From: Puccinia triticina
Taxonomy: Eukaryota
Length of the DNA stretch: 64,000 bases
NCBI GenBank assembly: GCA_026914245.1
Contig: CP110440.1
Location: 1,178,001-1,242,000, forward strand
Direction of reading: 5' to 3'
Made by a program: the position numbers and the translations under genes. The notes under the pieces were generated by a model. That model saw only the letters and a list, made by a program, of their open reading frames with translations. It was not told the DNA's origin and did not search any database. Below are positions 62,949 through 64,000 of this stretch, piece after piece; the first letter of the stretch is position 1, and each line of letters begins with the position of its first letter.

Positions 62949-63754
62949 GGCCCCAATTATAAACCAATTTTTGAGTTTTATTTTGAAAGTATTCGAAAAG
63001 AATTTCAAAACAAAAATGAAATCAAGATGAAAGATTTTTGATTTCAAAATTCTCTTGGAAAAGCTTCAAACAACAGGCTGCACATATAAACATTTGTGCA
63101 TCCCTGAGCAAGTAGCCTGCCGGAGTGGGCAGGCAGGGGCGAGATGTCTGTGACACAGGCAAGCTGGATAGAATACAGCTTGCCTGTTCAGCCTTGGCTG
63201 AATGGTGTGACATTTCCTGCGCGGCCGCCTCCATGGACATTTGGATCATCAGCGCCGAGATCAAAGCCAAGCGTTTTTTCCCTTGCCTCCGCCGCCAAGG
63301 TCAGGATCATATTGCCCCTAGTGGTCCCGGGTTTTCTGGGGAATTTGGTTTGCCTGCAGGTGTTCGTAACGGTAGGCCATCGGGATTTTTGTAGTGACTG
63401 CGATCCAATCGTGGAACGTTGAGGCAATCGGGTATATCGGCACTGCAGCAGTAAATTTTTTTCATGTGCCGGCCAACCCCCGCCCGGCAAACTCCGCCGA
63501 CCCAATACAGCCATTAAATGGGGGGGGGTCTGAGGCACCAGTGGCCTGGCAACCATACAGGCATACTGCCTGTTCAAAATTTTGATTCCTCAAATTTTGA
63601 GATTCTGGAATCTCGAACACCCCTCCTGGGTGTGTTTGAAGAGATTTGGGATTATTTTGAAATGAAAAGAACTCAAAACGAAGTTGGTTTTGATTTCAAA
63701 ACAATTTCAAAATAATCTCAAAGTAATCTCAAAATTCCGTTTATAATTGGGGCC
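62949..63754. mobile_element. Harbinger-like non-autonomous element, TSD TAA
   Basis: taa|ggccccaattataaac ... gtttataattggggcc|taa. Confidence 0.88.
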
Positions 63755-64000
63755 TAACAGTTAGGAGTCTGCGTGTGGTTTGCGGTGTACACGGTAAATT
63801 CCTAGACAAACTCGGACAATGACGTCACGAGTGTCAATACTTCAAATCGAAAGCGGTGTTGACCATTTCCTTTCGAACTCACTTGACCACTTCCCTTCTT
63901 TCTTTCCTCATCTCGACATCATCTTTCACCGCGGTCAACAACACTTTTCAATCATTGATTGCGCGGTATTTCGTCAAGGTCATCAGTCTAGGCGACTAAT

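Overview
Eukaryotic, intron-containing, transposon-dense fungal DNA. Gene style, TE families and CpG decay of repeats suggest a rust fungus (Pucciniales, probably Puccinia); this is inference, not a database result. Host genes: a P-loop NTPase with a possible C-terminal restriction-endonuclease-like domain (12558-15391, -), condensin subunit Cnd1/Ycs4 (41484-46807, +), a mitochondrial-type DnaJ (48665-50775, +), an intronless predicted secreted protein (61697-62587, +) and a TE-riddled SNF2-helicase pseudogene. About 13 kb between 19.4 and 35.1 kb is a ~41-bp satellite with a palindromic core; it has an internal inversion and several TE insertions. The rest is nested mobile DNA: a Copia pol remnant, an apparently intact PIF/Harbinger transposon stacked with its MITEs in one TAA site, and many MITEs with readable TIRs and TSDs. 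The most unusual item is a 2.75-kb gag-only LTR retroelement (51849-54599, TSD GTTTG). Both of its outer LTRs contain a ~90-nt tRNA-like cloverleaf with Pol III A/B boxes. It also has a third, unrelated internal LTR and a duplicated primer-binding site that matches a tRNA-Asn anticodon arm. Most ORFs in the supplied track are artefacts of tandem repeats.
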